From: Coniocarpon cinnabarinum
Lineage: Eukaryota
Assembly (NCBI GenBank): GCA_051942205.1
Contig: JAVECO010000078.1
Coordinates: forward strand, 1-64,000
DNA length: 64,000 bases
Direction of reading: 5' to 3'
In this document: positions 14,066 to 25,012 of the stretch, piece by piece
Numbering within the stretch: the stretch's first letter is position 1
Layout: every line of letters starts with the position of its first letter
The notes under the pieces: model-generated
Seen by the model: the letters and a program-made list of their open reading frames with translations, nothing else
Databases searched by the model: none
What the model was told of the DNA's origin: nothing
Program-made: the position numbers and the translations under genes

Positions 14066-15780
14066 TTAATAGGGGTCCCGCGCTCGCCATGCTTCTCCCC
14101 AGCGCTTGATGGCGACCACGCTCCCCACAGAGCCCAGCACAAGCAGCGCTATCGCGGTGAATGTCCACCCATTGCCAATGCTATTGATCAGCGGCTCAGC
14201 GGTGAACGCGCCGACAAACGAGAACATGTTTCTGACGAAATTGTTCAGAGCCACCCCGTTGCTGGGCTTGCCAGGCACAAACTCCGTCAGCATGGTAGTC
14301 GCCGTGTTGAACACCAGCAGGCTGCCTACACCGAAGAAGAAACCCGACACCATGCACGCTGCCCAATGCACCTTGAAATCGGCACACCATCCGTACCAAA
14401 GCAGCGCGACGGGCATACTAAATGCAGCAATCCAGATGTTCTCGCCCACTCGATCTTCGGGCCGACACACGAGTTTTCCCTTCTCATCGTAACGTCCTGC
14501 TTTGCGGGCTTTCCGGACCATGATTCGGTCAACCCATGATCCTCCGAGGAGCGAGGCAAGTATATACCCGACCGCGTTGAAAATGTATAGGCATCCAACT
14601 AGAGACGCCGAGAAGTTGTAGGGAGCGTGGGAGAATGTCTTCTGTACAGAGATATTAAGATACCAAAGACTGCCAAATACGACACTGGCGTAGTAAACTG
14701 TCAAAGAGACTGCTGGACGGCGTAAGTAAGCGAGAATTGTAAGCGGTTCGATGAAAAGCCGGTAAAGTAGGTGAGGATCCTTTCGAGTTTGACAAGCGGA
14801 AGCATCCTGTGATATGTGCCTCGACCTCGGAAAAATCGTCTGAGCGCTCGATGTGTCAGATTGTAAGTGTGAGGTAGGTGCATGTGTTTCTGGAAGGAAA
14901 CATAGGATAAGCAGAAAGATAAGGACACCGTAAGCGGCTTGGAACCATTGAGTGCTCCGCCAACCGAAGGCGTCTGTGAGACCACCACCAATTATCGGTG
15001 CAAGCAACGGGCCCATCAACGGACCTGAATCACGCAATCAGTACACGACCAGGCACAAAGCGCAAGCGCTCAGGCAGCGTAAATACCCAAGTAAAAGAGT
15101 CCCATAGCACGACCCCGCCTGCATGGCTCCCAAATATCGGCAACTGTGCCCGCGCCGACGGCCTGCACTGCAGCAGCGGATCCGCCGCTCAGGATTCGCA
15201 TGGCGATCAACATCCCGATGCTTGACGACTCAGCCGCAAGCACATTCCAGATGATCGAGGTTGAGAACGAAATTATGTAGACAGCACGACGACCAGACGT
15301 CTCGCTAAAGGACGACCACCATAAAGGGAAAATAGACATGCTCAGCATGTAAAATGCGGTAGAAAGATTGACCATGGTAGGTGTTGCGTGTAAGTGATTG
15401 CTAATTTGCTTGAGAGCCGCTGCGCAAAGGTCAGTGTGAGTGCTGGAAGGTCTATACGTATGTTCTGCGCAAGACGACTTACGGAAGAGGATAGCTGAAC
15501 CAATCGGAGCTGCTGCTGCGGCCAGCGCGACTACAAGAGTGATGAACCATTTCAGGCCATTTGAATATGTTTGCGGATCTGCTGCTTCACGCAAAAAACA
15601 CACGCTTGCAAAAAGTCCTCGAGGTCTTTCATGGCAATGATGTTTCGAAGAGTTTGATCGCGGCACGGGTTTTCGAGGAATTTGAAATTTCTCGCTGCAA
15701 GGCTTCTGCACCGTGAACTGCGGTTGGTAAACAGCTTGAGGTGTCCGAGGACTCTGCGTTGCTGCATCTACTAATGTCAT
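14066..15780 (-). CDS. MFS multidrug transporter, DHA1 family (Qdr/Dtr1-like); two introns (~15421-15483, ~15027-15088)
   Basis: WSSFSETSGRRAVY, GAGTVADIWEP..RGRAMG, GPLMGPLLAPIIGG, WRSTQWF, RPEDR and multiple TM segments. The start could be the ATG at 15912. Confidence 0.88.
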
Positions 15781-16630
15781 GGTGGTAGACGCTGCACTAT
15801 GGGAGGTATGAGGTCTTTCATGCTGGTGCAGGCCGCCCGTGTAAGAAACAAGAGTGCTGCAAGATGCAGAAGCTCTCAAGAAATGGGATGCGCTCTCTGT
15901 GGATGCACGCATGTTCGCGTGGATACGCCGGCACGAGTGGGAAGGGGATACATGCTGCGAAGGACTACCACACAGATATCTAGGACGACTAGGGCAAGCA
16001 AGGAGTGTCTTGGCTCACGTTGCAATTCCAGCTCAGCTGCATAACATTTGAAGATGACGCCCCACAGCAGCAGGCTGACGACCGGGTCGACGCGAACCAG
16101 ACAGGGAGACGTCTGCCCTTTTGATCGACGCGATATTGGACTCAGTAGGAAGGCAACGCGTGGAGTTGACGGGCGCCATTAGGCCGGGATAGAAGTGTGA
16201 CGCTGACCAACACTGGAAGGCTGTGAGACCCAGTCACCGAATAAAAATCGCAAGAAACAAGTCTGATTCGACCAGGTTTACTCAGGAGAATCCGAGAGCA
16301 CAGCGAGCCACTTACGCGTCCTAAATGGAAGGCTGACCGCGTAGGCACCGGTCTGAGACGACGGAGATGTTTGAATTCAAATGAGGCGCGGTGGAGAGAA
16401 GAATCAAGCTTCAGTCGGGGATCTGCCGACGAGTGGCTGAGAAAGGCAAGGCTGTCGATCCCTAGTCGCTGCTTGTCCCAGCCACCCACAAATGAGGTCA
16501 TTGACCAGGTGAGTGCCTGTCTGTGTGATTCGCGGGCTCGCTGTTACATGCATCACCCCTTCCAAGCACCAATTGCTCATCTTCCACGCTTGGGTTGTCT
16601 CTACACGTCAGCACCGCAGAACCAAGGGGT

Positions 16631-17517
16631 ATGCCACCTTCGTACGACCGGGACGTCGTGCGGGAGCGTCTTCGCTCCATGTTCGACACTGAATACAACG
16701 AGCACGGCGCGCGTTGGGATAGTCTGTGGCAGACGGTATATTTGCCATTCGACAAAGGCTGCCCCAGCCCCGCTCTCATTGACACCATGGTGGAGAAGCG
16801 GGATCTTCTGGGATCTCCTGTAATCAAGAATGAGCATGGAGATGTGGTCCGCAAGCGTGCGTTGGTGCCTGGGTGCGGGCGAGGGTACGACGTTCTTGTA
16901 CTGGCTAGTCAAGGATATGAGTCATTCGGGCTCGAAATATCACCCGAAGCTGTGAAAGCTTGCAACGAATTTGCAAAGGCCAATGCGTCTGAGTATGTTC
17001 AAGCAGATGCTTCGCGTGCGAGTGGCAGTCATCATTTCATTGCAGGCGACTTCTTTAGCGATACGTGGCGAAGTGAGACTGGTGATTCGGCTGACGGCTT
17101 TGACTTGATCTTCGACTACACTGTTAGCAGACAGTCCAAACGCCCAATAGATGATTTTGATCGTGACTGATTGATGCACAGTTTCTCTCAGCTCTTCCCC
17201 CATCGACGCGGCCTGCATGGGCATCGCGAATGTCAAAGCTTTTGAAGTCTGGTGGCCGTCTTGTCTGTTTGGAGTTTCCAACCTACAAGGAGCCTGAGAG
17301 TGGAGGGCCACCATTTGCACTGCCCCCGGAAGTGTATGTTGCTCATCTCTCGAATCCTGGAGAGCAGATTCCATATCGTTCAGGTCTTCCCGAGAGAAGC
17401 GAATCACACAAGCTGAATAAGGATTCGCTGCGGAGGATTGCGCACTGGCGAGCAAAGCGCACTCACGAGATCGGCCAGGGTACTGACAATGTGAGCATCT
17501 GGGAGCATGTCGACTGA
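16631..17517 (+). CDS. SAM-dependent thiol/halide methyltransferase (TPMT/HOL family); intron 17123-17181
   Basis: WDSLW..LPFD, ALVPGCGRGYD, DYT|FLSALPP, GGRLVCLEFP, GPPF motifs. Confidence 0.9.
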
Positions 17518-17543
17518 GTGTCCCAGCCAATGTCGCACAAATC

Positions 17544-18527
17544 TCAATCAGGCTTGGAATCTGCTGCCATTTGTCGCAACGAGTTGTAGTGCTCTCCAAG
17601 GCCAAAGCCATGTCGGTAATAGGCCAACCATGCCTCTCCGGCTTTGTCGCTACCCTCCTCCGCCTCAAAGCGCTCGAGCCGTCCAGTAGCTTGAAGCACG
17701 TTGATGTTAATCTTGTAGGCTTTGGCTAAGGCTGTCAGCTCCAACTGACCACCCCATTCGCCGGTATCGCGGATTTTGTGTAGATAGTCCGGGAGCGGCT
17801 CCTCCAGGAACGGCTCAAATTCGCTTGAATTTGCAGCAATGTAGTCAGCAGCTGCCGCTCGTACTTTGCTGAAGTCGGGTGATGGAGCTTGGGTGCGACT
17901 GGATGTATCTGCTTTGGACGGATGAAAGTCCGCACTAATTGTCAATCCCCGCTGATCGATTTGATCAGCCATGGCCAGGTAGAGGCAATGACCGTTAGCA
18001 GCAACTTCCATCTCCCTGAGATCGTGCTTTCTGATTTCTTCTAACATTTTGTTCCGTTCAACGGCCTTCATGTCAGGCATACTTGCAGCTTCTTCAGCTG
18101 CCTGAGTGCGTGCTGCATCTTGCTCAGCTGCCCTCCGAGCCAGCCGGGCTTTCTGTCGATTTGGCTTGCGCGAAGCCGCTTGACTGTTTTCTTGAAGCGT
18201 ACTCCCCTCACCGTCAATGCCGATGTTTTGCAACTTGTCTGCAGTAGATGCTATTATGCTTGCAAGTAAATCACTTTCTGTCGATGCTTGCTCCCCGTTG
18301 CTGTGAGCAGGGTCCCCGACGTCTCTATTGACTGTGCCCGCCTCAGCAGATCCACTGGTGAATTGAGCAATCTCATCATTGTGCCTCTGCTTCAGCTCCT
18401 GCTCAAGTCGTTCGCAGTCATCGTTTATAGTTTTGCGAGTCTTTTTCGTGGCTGACTTCTTCTTCTGGGTGACCTGAGACTGCAAATCTTTCGCTTCCTT
18501 TCTGTGACGGACGCGTAGATCCTCCAT
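17544..18527 (-). CDS. OTU2: OTU-domain deubiquitinase (Otu2/OTUD6B-like)
   Basis: N-terminal RHRKEAKDLQ, ANGHCLY Cys box, WGGQLEL, GLGEHYNSL His box. Confidence 0.9.
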   Translation of the reverse strand: MEDLRVRHRKEAKDLQSQVTQKKKSATKKTRKTINDDCERLEQELKQRHNDEIAQFTSGSAEAGTVNRDVGDPAHSNGEQASTESDLLASIIASTADKLQNIGIDGEGSTLQENSQAASRKPNRQKARLARRAAEQDAARTQAAEEAASMPDMKAVERNKMLEEIRKHDLREMEVAANGHCLYLAMADQIDQRGLTISADFHPSKADTSSRTQAPSPDFSKVRAAAADYIAANSSEFEPFLEEPLPDYLHKIRDTGEWGGQLELTALAKAYKININVLQATGRLERFEAEEGSDKAGEAWLAYYRHGFGLGEHYNSLRQMAADSKPD

Positions 18528-18686
18528 TGTAGAATGGCCGCAGCACCAGCCTATGGAGAGCAACACATGATCGATACTCACAGAGAAGGCTACTTGCGAC
18601 TTAATAGGCACGCAAGCATTGCGGAGGGAGGGCGGAAAGCGGAGCGGAGAACATTGGACGCTAATCGATACGGGCCCTGGCAGTGA

Positions 18687-18692
18687 CCGAGG
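18687..18692. promoter_or_regulatory. Candidate FarA/FarB site CCGAGG
   Basis: Exact hexamer ~115 bp upstream of the SKL-ending SDR. Confidence 0.4.
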
Positions 18693-18807
18693 TTCGCAGC
18701 ACCTAGTGGGCTTTGCAGCAAGATCGTTTAGCTAATCTTACGGCGCGCGCAACGGTATCGTTCAACGACTCGAAACTGAGTTTGGATGTTTTGACGACAA
18801 TAACGAA

Positions 18808-19701
18808 ATGGATGTCGGACAACTGTTCGCTGTCCGTGGCAAAGTTGCTCTTGTCACGGGCGGCGCCAAGGGCATTGGGTAGGCATCTGCATCGTTGTTT
18901 GACCGAAGAGCGCTGCTAACAATCCGCAATAGGCGCATGATCTCCGAGGGTTTTGTCCGCGCCGGCGCAAAAGTCTACATATCTTCCCGAGATGCTTCAT
19001 CATGCGAGAACGCATGCCAGGAGCTGAACGCTCTGGGCCTGGGAAGTGCCCACGCCATACCTGCCAATTTCTACGACGAGAAAGAGTGTAGACGGCTCGC
19101 TGAAGAGCTCAAGAAGCGTGAAAAGAAGCTGAATATTCTCATTAACAACTCTGGCAGCAATTGGGGTGCTCCCTATGACGAATACCCGGAAAGTGCCTGG
19201 ATCAGGGTGCTGACGCTGAACCTGCAACGGGTATTTACCATCACACAGCTTCTAACGCCGCTCCTGGAAGAAGCGAGCAACAAGCAAGATCCGGCGCGGA
19301 TAGTGAACATTGGTAGTGTGGACGGGCTCCGCGTACCAGCCCTCGAAACGTTTGCCTATAGTAGTAGTAAAGCCGGTCTGCATCATTTGAGTCGAGTACT
19401 CGCGAACCACCTGGGCAGAAGAGGCATCACGTAAGTCCAGCGTTGTCGTCATCATTCTTCAGAGTTCTGATGAAGTTGCAGTTCAAACACGATCGCCTGT
19501 GGGCCGTTCCAGTCAAAGATGATGGCAGCGACGCTTGACCGATTCAAAGACGTTATCGAAGGCAGCATCCCACTTGGTCGCATAGGCACCCCTGAAGACG
19601 TGGCTGGCACATGCCTGTTCCTCAGCAGCCGTGCAGGCGCGTATGTCAATGGTGCAACTATAACACTCGATGGTGGATCTGTAGTTGGATCGAAACTCTA
19701 G
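18808..19701 (+). CDS. Classical SDR (RhlG/3-oxoacyl reductase-like) with C-terminal PTS1 SKL; introns ~18879-18932, ~19431-19481
   Basis: VALVTGGAKGIG, NNSG, YSSSK catalytic motif, LDGG; ends GSKL*. Confidence 0.9.
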
Positions 19702-19900
19702 GCCAATGCCAGAAAGTGATCTGGACCTGGAGCGATGACATTAGAGCACATTCGCTGTATCTAGTAGAAGTACTGCACAAATTAGAAGCGACGCATCCAC
19801 GAAAATAATCGTCGAGAGAGTGTCAGCGAGGTCGACAATTGTGACCAGGAATCTGCCTTGTCCCCTGTGCCAAATCGCCTGTCAGGTTCGTCATCGCTTC

Positions 19901-21057
19901 TCAGGCATAAACATATTCACCTAGCGAACTGATTGAGCCGTCTGCGTCCAATCTGACTGATCGCCAGTCCGAGAACCCATCGCCATGCGTGTGTAGCGTA
20001 CCGTCAAGCTCTCGTTGACTAAACAGGCACGGTCCGACAAACCCTTTAGCAAACTCTAGCAAGGGCGAAAGTGAAAGGCGGTGTGCACGTGAAGTGAAGA
20101 TCCGAACATCTTTGGCCATGCTCTTCGGCATAGCCTCTGGCCAGCGGAAATGATGCTCCTGTACATTGTAAATGTCAATTCGGCGGACAGAGGGTAGCGA
20201 TATCCATGGAAGGAGCTCCCAGAATGTTGTGATGTGAGGGAGGTCTTGCACGGCGGAGAAGTCGTACAGGAGATAATGCAGATTTTGGAACGCGTTATAA
20301 GGTGCTGGATTCTGCATTCGATGGAGCTCATGCTTGCGAGATGGATCCAAAGCGCCATTTGCAACGCGTTCTACAATACCCGGTACAGAGCCCATCCCTA
20401 TGCTTTTGTTAGCGACCAGCCTCTATAAAGTTTTCCGACTTTGTAGAGCGAGTTACAATGCGGACTTTCGTCTTCTTCCTCGACGGCTCCATCCATGCCT
20501 GGTGCGAGTTCCAGTCGCTCCACGTTTGTAAGTAGGGGCAATAGGATGGCCAATACATTATCCATATCGCCTTCTTTGAGTTCGCGGTCGAAGTCCTCCA
20601 TGTCCTGAGCAGCGCTCTTGGGTCCACACGGTTTCGAGCCATCTTTGTAGATCCAAGGAGAGGCTTTGGCGGCTTGTGTTGCCAAGACTATATCGGTAGG
20701 ATCCCATGGCTGTTGAGCCTCTGCGCTCCTAGGATCTACTCCCGCGAAGGTTGGCATTTCATAGAAATACCATGGGCAACACGTAATTCGAACGGTACGC
20801 ACATACTCCACAGGAAACAAGCCTTTCAGGAGACGTGTCAGGACGTCGAACCAACCGAGTCGCAGCTCTGAGGTTGACCACACTCTGTCGCAGATATTTC
20901 CATATCGGCGCTTGAGGGTACTGTGGTGTTGGAATCGGTTGGACACGATTCTGTTGAGTTTACGAGACGTCAGCGCGATTGCAAAGAGATCATCGTAAAG
21001 CAAATGTTCCGAAATGTAGAGCAAGAGCTCCTGTGGGAGCTCTGTCAGCCTATCCAT
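19901..21057 (-). CDS. F-box protein; intron ~20398-20456
   Basis: N-terminal LTELPQELLLYISEHL..DLFAIALTSRKL F-box; downstream LLPLLTNVERLEL. Confidence 0.75.
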
Positions 21058-21423
21058 ATCTGCGCAGTGTCGCTTCGGAGTTGTTGGGTGCAGATTGGAC
21101 TTCAAATTCCTGACGAGATTTCATGTTGTGGCAGTGAGATCATTTGAGCATGCAAACAAATAAGACGAGGCAGAGTCGGGTGGCACTGCCTATCACAAGC
21201 CGAGAAAGAGGTGGCAACAATTAGCCCTGTCGTTGAGGATAATGGAACTCAAGTATTTGGAAACCTGCCCACACTTTCGCAAGCACCCTGCGAAACAAAT
21301 GGAGCAACATTATGCAAGGAAACAAAGATAGTGATCATGGGTCGTGAGTCGTCTCGTCAATCTTCACTGGCATGCGCTCGTGCTGCAAATCTGCCACTCC
21401 CTCGAAGATATGCACTTCATGAA

Positions 21424-22758
21424 CTAGAACACCTCATCGTCCCACTCAAACTCTTCCCTCACAGTCTGAAGACGAGAAGGACTCGGAGGATTCCGGCGCA
21501 CGTGATTTGCCTTGCTCCGATCTCCATCCTCCTCCTCAGCCGGCTCGTCGTTTGCACCAAAAGTTTCGATATTCTCGTTGTCCACCTTGCCCCTCGCTGA
21601 ATCGTTTGGCGTGTTAGATCCAAAAGCCTTCATCAAGTCATACGTGGGCCGACCTTTGGGCGGCGAGCGACTGGCCTTTTGCCCTCGAGCGTTCTCAGGT
21701 GTGTGTGGCCTAGTACGGACGTATTCAATCTTATAGGGTTGCGACTGTATGGGCTTGATCGTATCTCGGTTCAGTTCGAGTACAGATGGAGCATGGCTCT
21801 CGCTTGCCGAGCGCCTTGCATGCCGTGCAGGTTTCGGGAGAGTCTGGTCTTCAAGAGGATCGTGGACTTGTTTTTGCCGTCGTGCAGGTGGTTCATCATG
21901 CGTTGTTGCACTGGTGTCCCAGCCACGTTTGCTGCCGGTCGTGACTGATCTTTGTGGATTGTGTGAATAAGCTTCTTGTATCCTCTTCCATTCTGCAGCA
22001 CGGAGCTCTGACCTCTTTCTCTTCAGCTGTTCGGCATCATCCTCGGTATTGCCTGCAGGTTTGCTATTGAGATCGTGATATGAGGCCTGTGCGGATCGTC
22101 TACCTGTCTCTGCAAGTCCTCCAGCCTGGCTTGGAGTAACACTCCGCACGGAATATGAGGCAGCCCTCGCGTTCGCAGATTCATAGTCACGTTCCAGCAG
22201 ACTCTCCACAAGTCCGTCATATTTATTGTCGCGCGCCATACGCTCGTGACGCGCTGAATCATCACGATCCTGCGTGGGGTGGACATCGTATGAGTGCGCG
22301 CGCTTGGCCAGTTGTGGGCGCAGGCGGCGCGGCGACATGGCTTTCCTTCGCGGCGATTGCTTCGCGTTCGCTTGTGCGAGTTCTGCTCGTGCAGCCTCGA
22401 GCTCAGCCTCGAGCAGCTGGACGCGATCAGTTAAGCGCGGATCTTCCTGCTGCTTTGCCCGCACGAGCTCGTCATGAACTCGTTCGGTCCTGCTGGGAAT
22501 CGAAGAAGTACGAGTATGTTTTGGTGGTAGTGGCGGCTCATCACTAGTGTTTGGCTTGCTTCGCATGAAGCCACTGATCTTGCGTTTATGGACCTTGCTG
22601 TCCTTTGAGGGGCTCACGTTGGCTGAGAGCTCACGCATGGGGGCGCGAGTCGGACTTCCATCATCCCTGGCATTCGTTGGGATGGCCTTGCTGCGAGTTT
22701 TGATCGGCGAGTGTCTCTTGAAAAAGGCTTTGAGCGGGCTGTGGCCCGGTTTATCCAT
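21424..22758 (-). CDS. Hypothetical low-complexity protein with a short coiled coil
   Basis: ~440-codon uninterrupted ORF with a coiled-coil segment RVQLLEAELEAARAELAQA and C-terminal EEFEWDDEVF. Confidence 0.7.
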   Translation of the reverse strand: MDKPGHSPLKAFFKRHSPIKTRSKAIPTNARDDGSPTRAPMRELSANVSPSKDSKVHKRKISGFMRSKPNTSDEPPLPPKHTRTSSIPSRTERVHDELVRAKQQEDPRLTDRVQLLEAELEAARAELAQANAKQSPRRKAMSPRRLRPQLAKRAHSYDVHPTQDRDDSARHERMARDNKYDGLVESLLERDYESANARAASYSVRSVTPSQAGGLAETGRRSAQASYHDLNSKPAGNTEDDAEQLKRKRSELRAAEWKRIQEAYSHNPQRSVTTGSKRGWDTSATTHDEPPARRQKQVHDPLEDQTLPKPARHARRSASESHAPSVLELNRDTIKPIQSQPYKIEYVRTRPHTPENARGQKASRSPPKGRPTYDLMKAFGSNTPNDSARGKVDNENIETFGANDEPAEEEDGDRSKANHVRRNPPSPSRLQTVREEFEWDDEVF

Positions 22759-23202
22759 GACTGTAGTAAGTGAGATCAATGCAGTTCCTTATTGCAGCGG
22801 GCGAAATTGGTGGGACACACGGCTGGAGGAGCAAGCCCCAAGCCCCAGGCCAATGTTGCCATGCTGTTTTTTTTTACAGTCACCACAGCAACAGAGTTTT
22901 GACGCCAAGCTTTCCACAATGCAGATGTCACATGCCCATGCTCATGGTCTTGGCGAAGAATCGTGGCGCCGCGATCGTCCGCAACCCGTCGGATCTGGCG
23001 TGAGCGGGGTGGAGTGTGGGGTACTCGGCAAACAGCACCTGCTATGCAATACAGCCTTGCTAACCAACTCTGCTTGCCTGTAGTCTCTAACCTGGATGCC
23101 CACCGCCAGCGGGTATGATGTGTCTCCGCTATTTTGGTCTTGCTCGTTCCCATCATCGTTGTGGTCATCGTCATTACTTACCGCATGCTCCATTCATCCA
23201 TA

Positions 23203-23769
23203 ATGTCAAGTCCGCCAATTGACTTCGAACGCTTCACGGCCACTGGCCGTCCATTTGGCTCTGCCCCAATTGTGGCCGCTGGTGGGGCTGGCGGCACCGG
23301 CGGAACCGCCATCGGACCTGCGGGACAACTCTATGGACCCGACGCCCTGCCTCAACGCTTCACAGACGAGAGCATGATCCTTGTTCCGGTTCGTCGATCG
23401 GACATAGAAGACCCTGACGAGGATTTCGAGGCCTGGTGGTCGAGTCTCAAAGCTCAGTCTGGCGGAAGAAGAGGAAGTGTCAAGACGCTTATGCGCACGT
23501 TGCTCCTGAGATCGCCCGCCGGCGCTAAGAAGGGGGACTTTATCATGCTTAACATGCAGAGAGCTGACTATCTCCGCTACTGCGCCAAGGATGAGCAGGG
23601 AGCTTACATTGGCAGCGAACCGCAAGGCGAAAGTCGGTTGTTTCTGAGAGACCTCCTGGCTCGCCAACACGGTGAAAGGTCAATGTCTACGGCAAGCACA
23701 TCTTTGAACCCCAAACTCGTCGACACCGGCTCGGGCAGCGCCAAAGGAAGACGTCAAAGTCACTCTTGA
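23203..23769 (+). CDS. Hypothetical protein
   Basis: ORF with natural composition and a motif-like block MQRADYLRYCAKDEQGAYIGSEP. The start codon is uncertain. Confidence 0.55.
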   Translation: MSSPPIDFERFTATGRPFGSAPIVAAGGAGGTGGTAIGPAGQLYGPDALPQRFTDESMILVPVRRSDIEDPDEDFEAWWSSLKAQSGGRRGSVKTLMRTLLLRSPAGAKKGDFIMLNMQRADYLRYCAKDEQGAYIGSEPQGESRLFLRDLLARQHGERSMSTASTSLNPKLVDTGSGSAKGRRQSHS

Positions 23770-24230
23770 GTCCTGGAGACACATATCGCCACTTTGCAGT
23801 GCCGCTTTTGACACTAATATTTCGTCTTTATCTGTGCAATGTTTCTGCAAAATAGCGCTCATGACCTTATGTATCCTATGCGATGGACAGCATGCTGATT
23901 GAGAAACGAAGGATACCTCGTGTCGCTGCTTCCCATTTACGCGCATGCGATCCCAGATCCATTCAGCCAGCACGGCTGCCAACACCTTCCACGCCTATGC
24001 GTGAGGAGCGATCCAGTCGCTCCTGACTGTCCTCCGGAATGGGCACTTCGAGCTCATCTCTGATTCATCCATGATGCATCTGTCATGACAGTTCCTTTTC
24101 GATTTAACGTCAGCTTTCATTCCATTATCCATTTGTAAAAGAGGCGCTCCAAAGCGTCCAGATCATTCGACTTCTTCACTACCAGATCACTTTTGGAACC
24201 GCACTCCGTCAACGTATTTCTGGCACGAGC

Positions 24231-25012
24231 ATGGCTGGTCCATTGCTGGCGGCCGTCGCACTTGCGGCATGTCAACTAGGTCTTGTTGTGGATGCAAATC
24301 CGCAGTTTGATTTCCTGGCTCCTGTCCCCACAGAAGCCTCCAAGACAGGCGCCTTTCGCAACGCAAGCTTTGACGATGTGGTCATTGTCGACAACTTCTT
24401 GAACTTTCAGCACATGGTACCTGGCTACATGGGCCTGTACTGGGAAAATGTAAGTCACGCAAGCGAGAGCCAAGCCTTGTATGCGTGCTCAAACAAGCCG
24501 TGCAGATGACAGCCGTTCTAGATGGAGGTGGACTTCTTCCCGGCGGTCCACTGGCCGGCGTCCCAGCGCACTCGGGCTCTCAAGTCGCCGCGTTCTCACC
24601 TCAGCTCTTTTCAATGGCGTACGGCATTCCGTTACCGCAGGTGCCTCTAGGCGCAGCAGCCGCTCTGAGCACGAGCTGGCTCGGTAGCAAGGCTCGTGAG
24701 TTCGATCTGCAGGAGTTTTGGTTTGGATGCTTCACCAGCAGTCCCCAGAGCGTCATCAGCAACCCACAGGCCTGCGTGCTCGACGTGAGTGGATGGAGGC
24801 AAGGCACGCCGACCAGCAGTGCTCCACACGCTCAGCAAAGCTTTGTGTACTACGCCAACAATTTCATCAAGGCGCCAATGATGTACGCGAAGATGGAGTC
24901 AGATCAGTGGAGAGGCTTGCAGAGGGTTGAGTTCAGGAGGCGGACGGTAGGCATGCTGGACAAGGTCATTGAAGGGGTCTTGATGGACGATGTGGCTATC
25001 GTGGTGCGATGA
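24231..25012 (+). CDS. Putative secreted protein of unknown function; intron 24450-24505
   Basis: Signal-peptide-like N-terminus. GTAAGT..CAG joins YWEN|MTAV in frame. FDD, FDLQEFWFGC and LMDD motifs. Confidence 0.75.
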
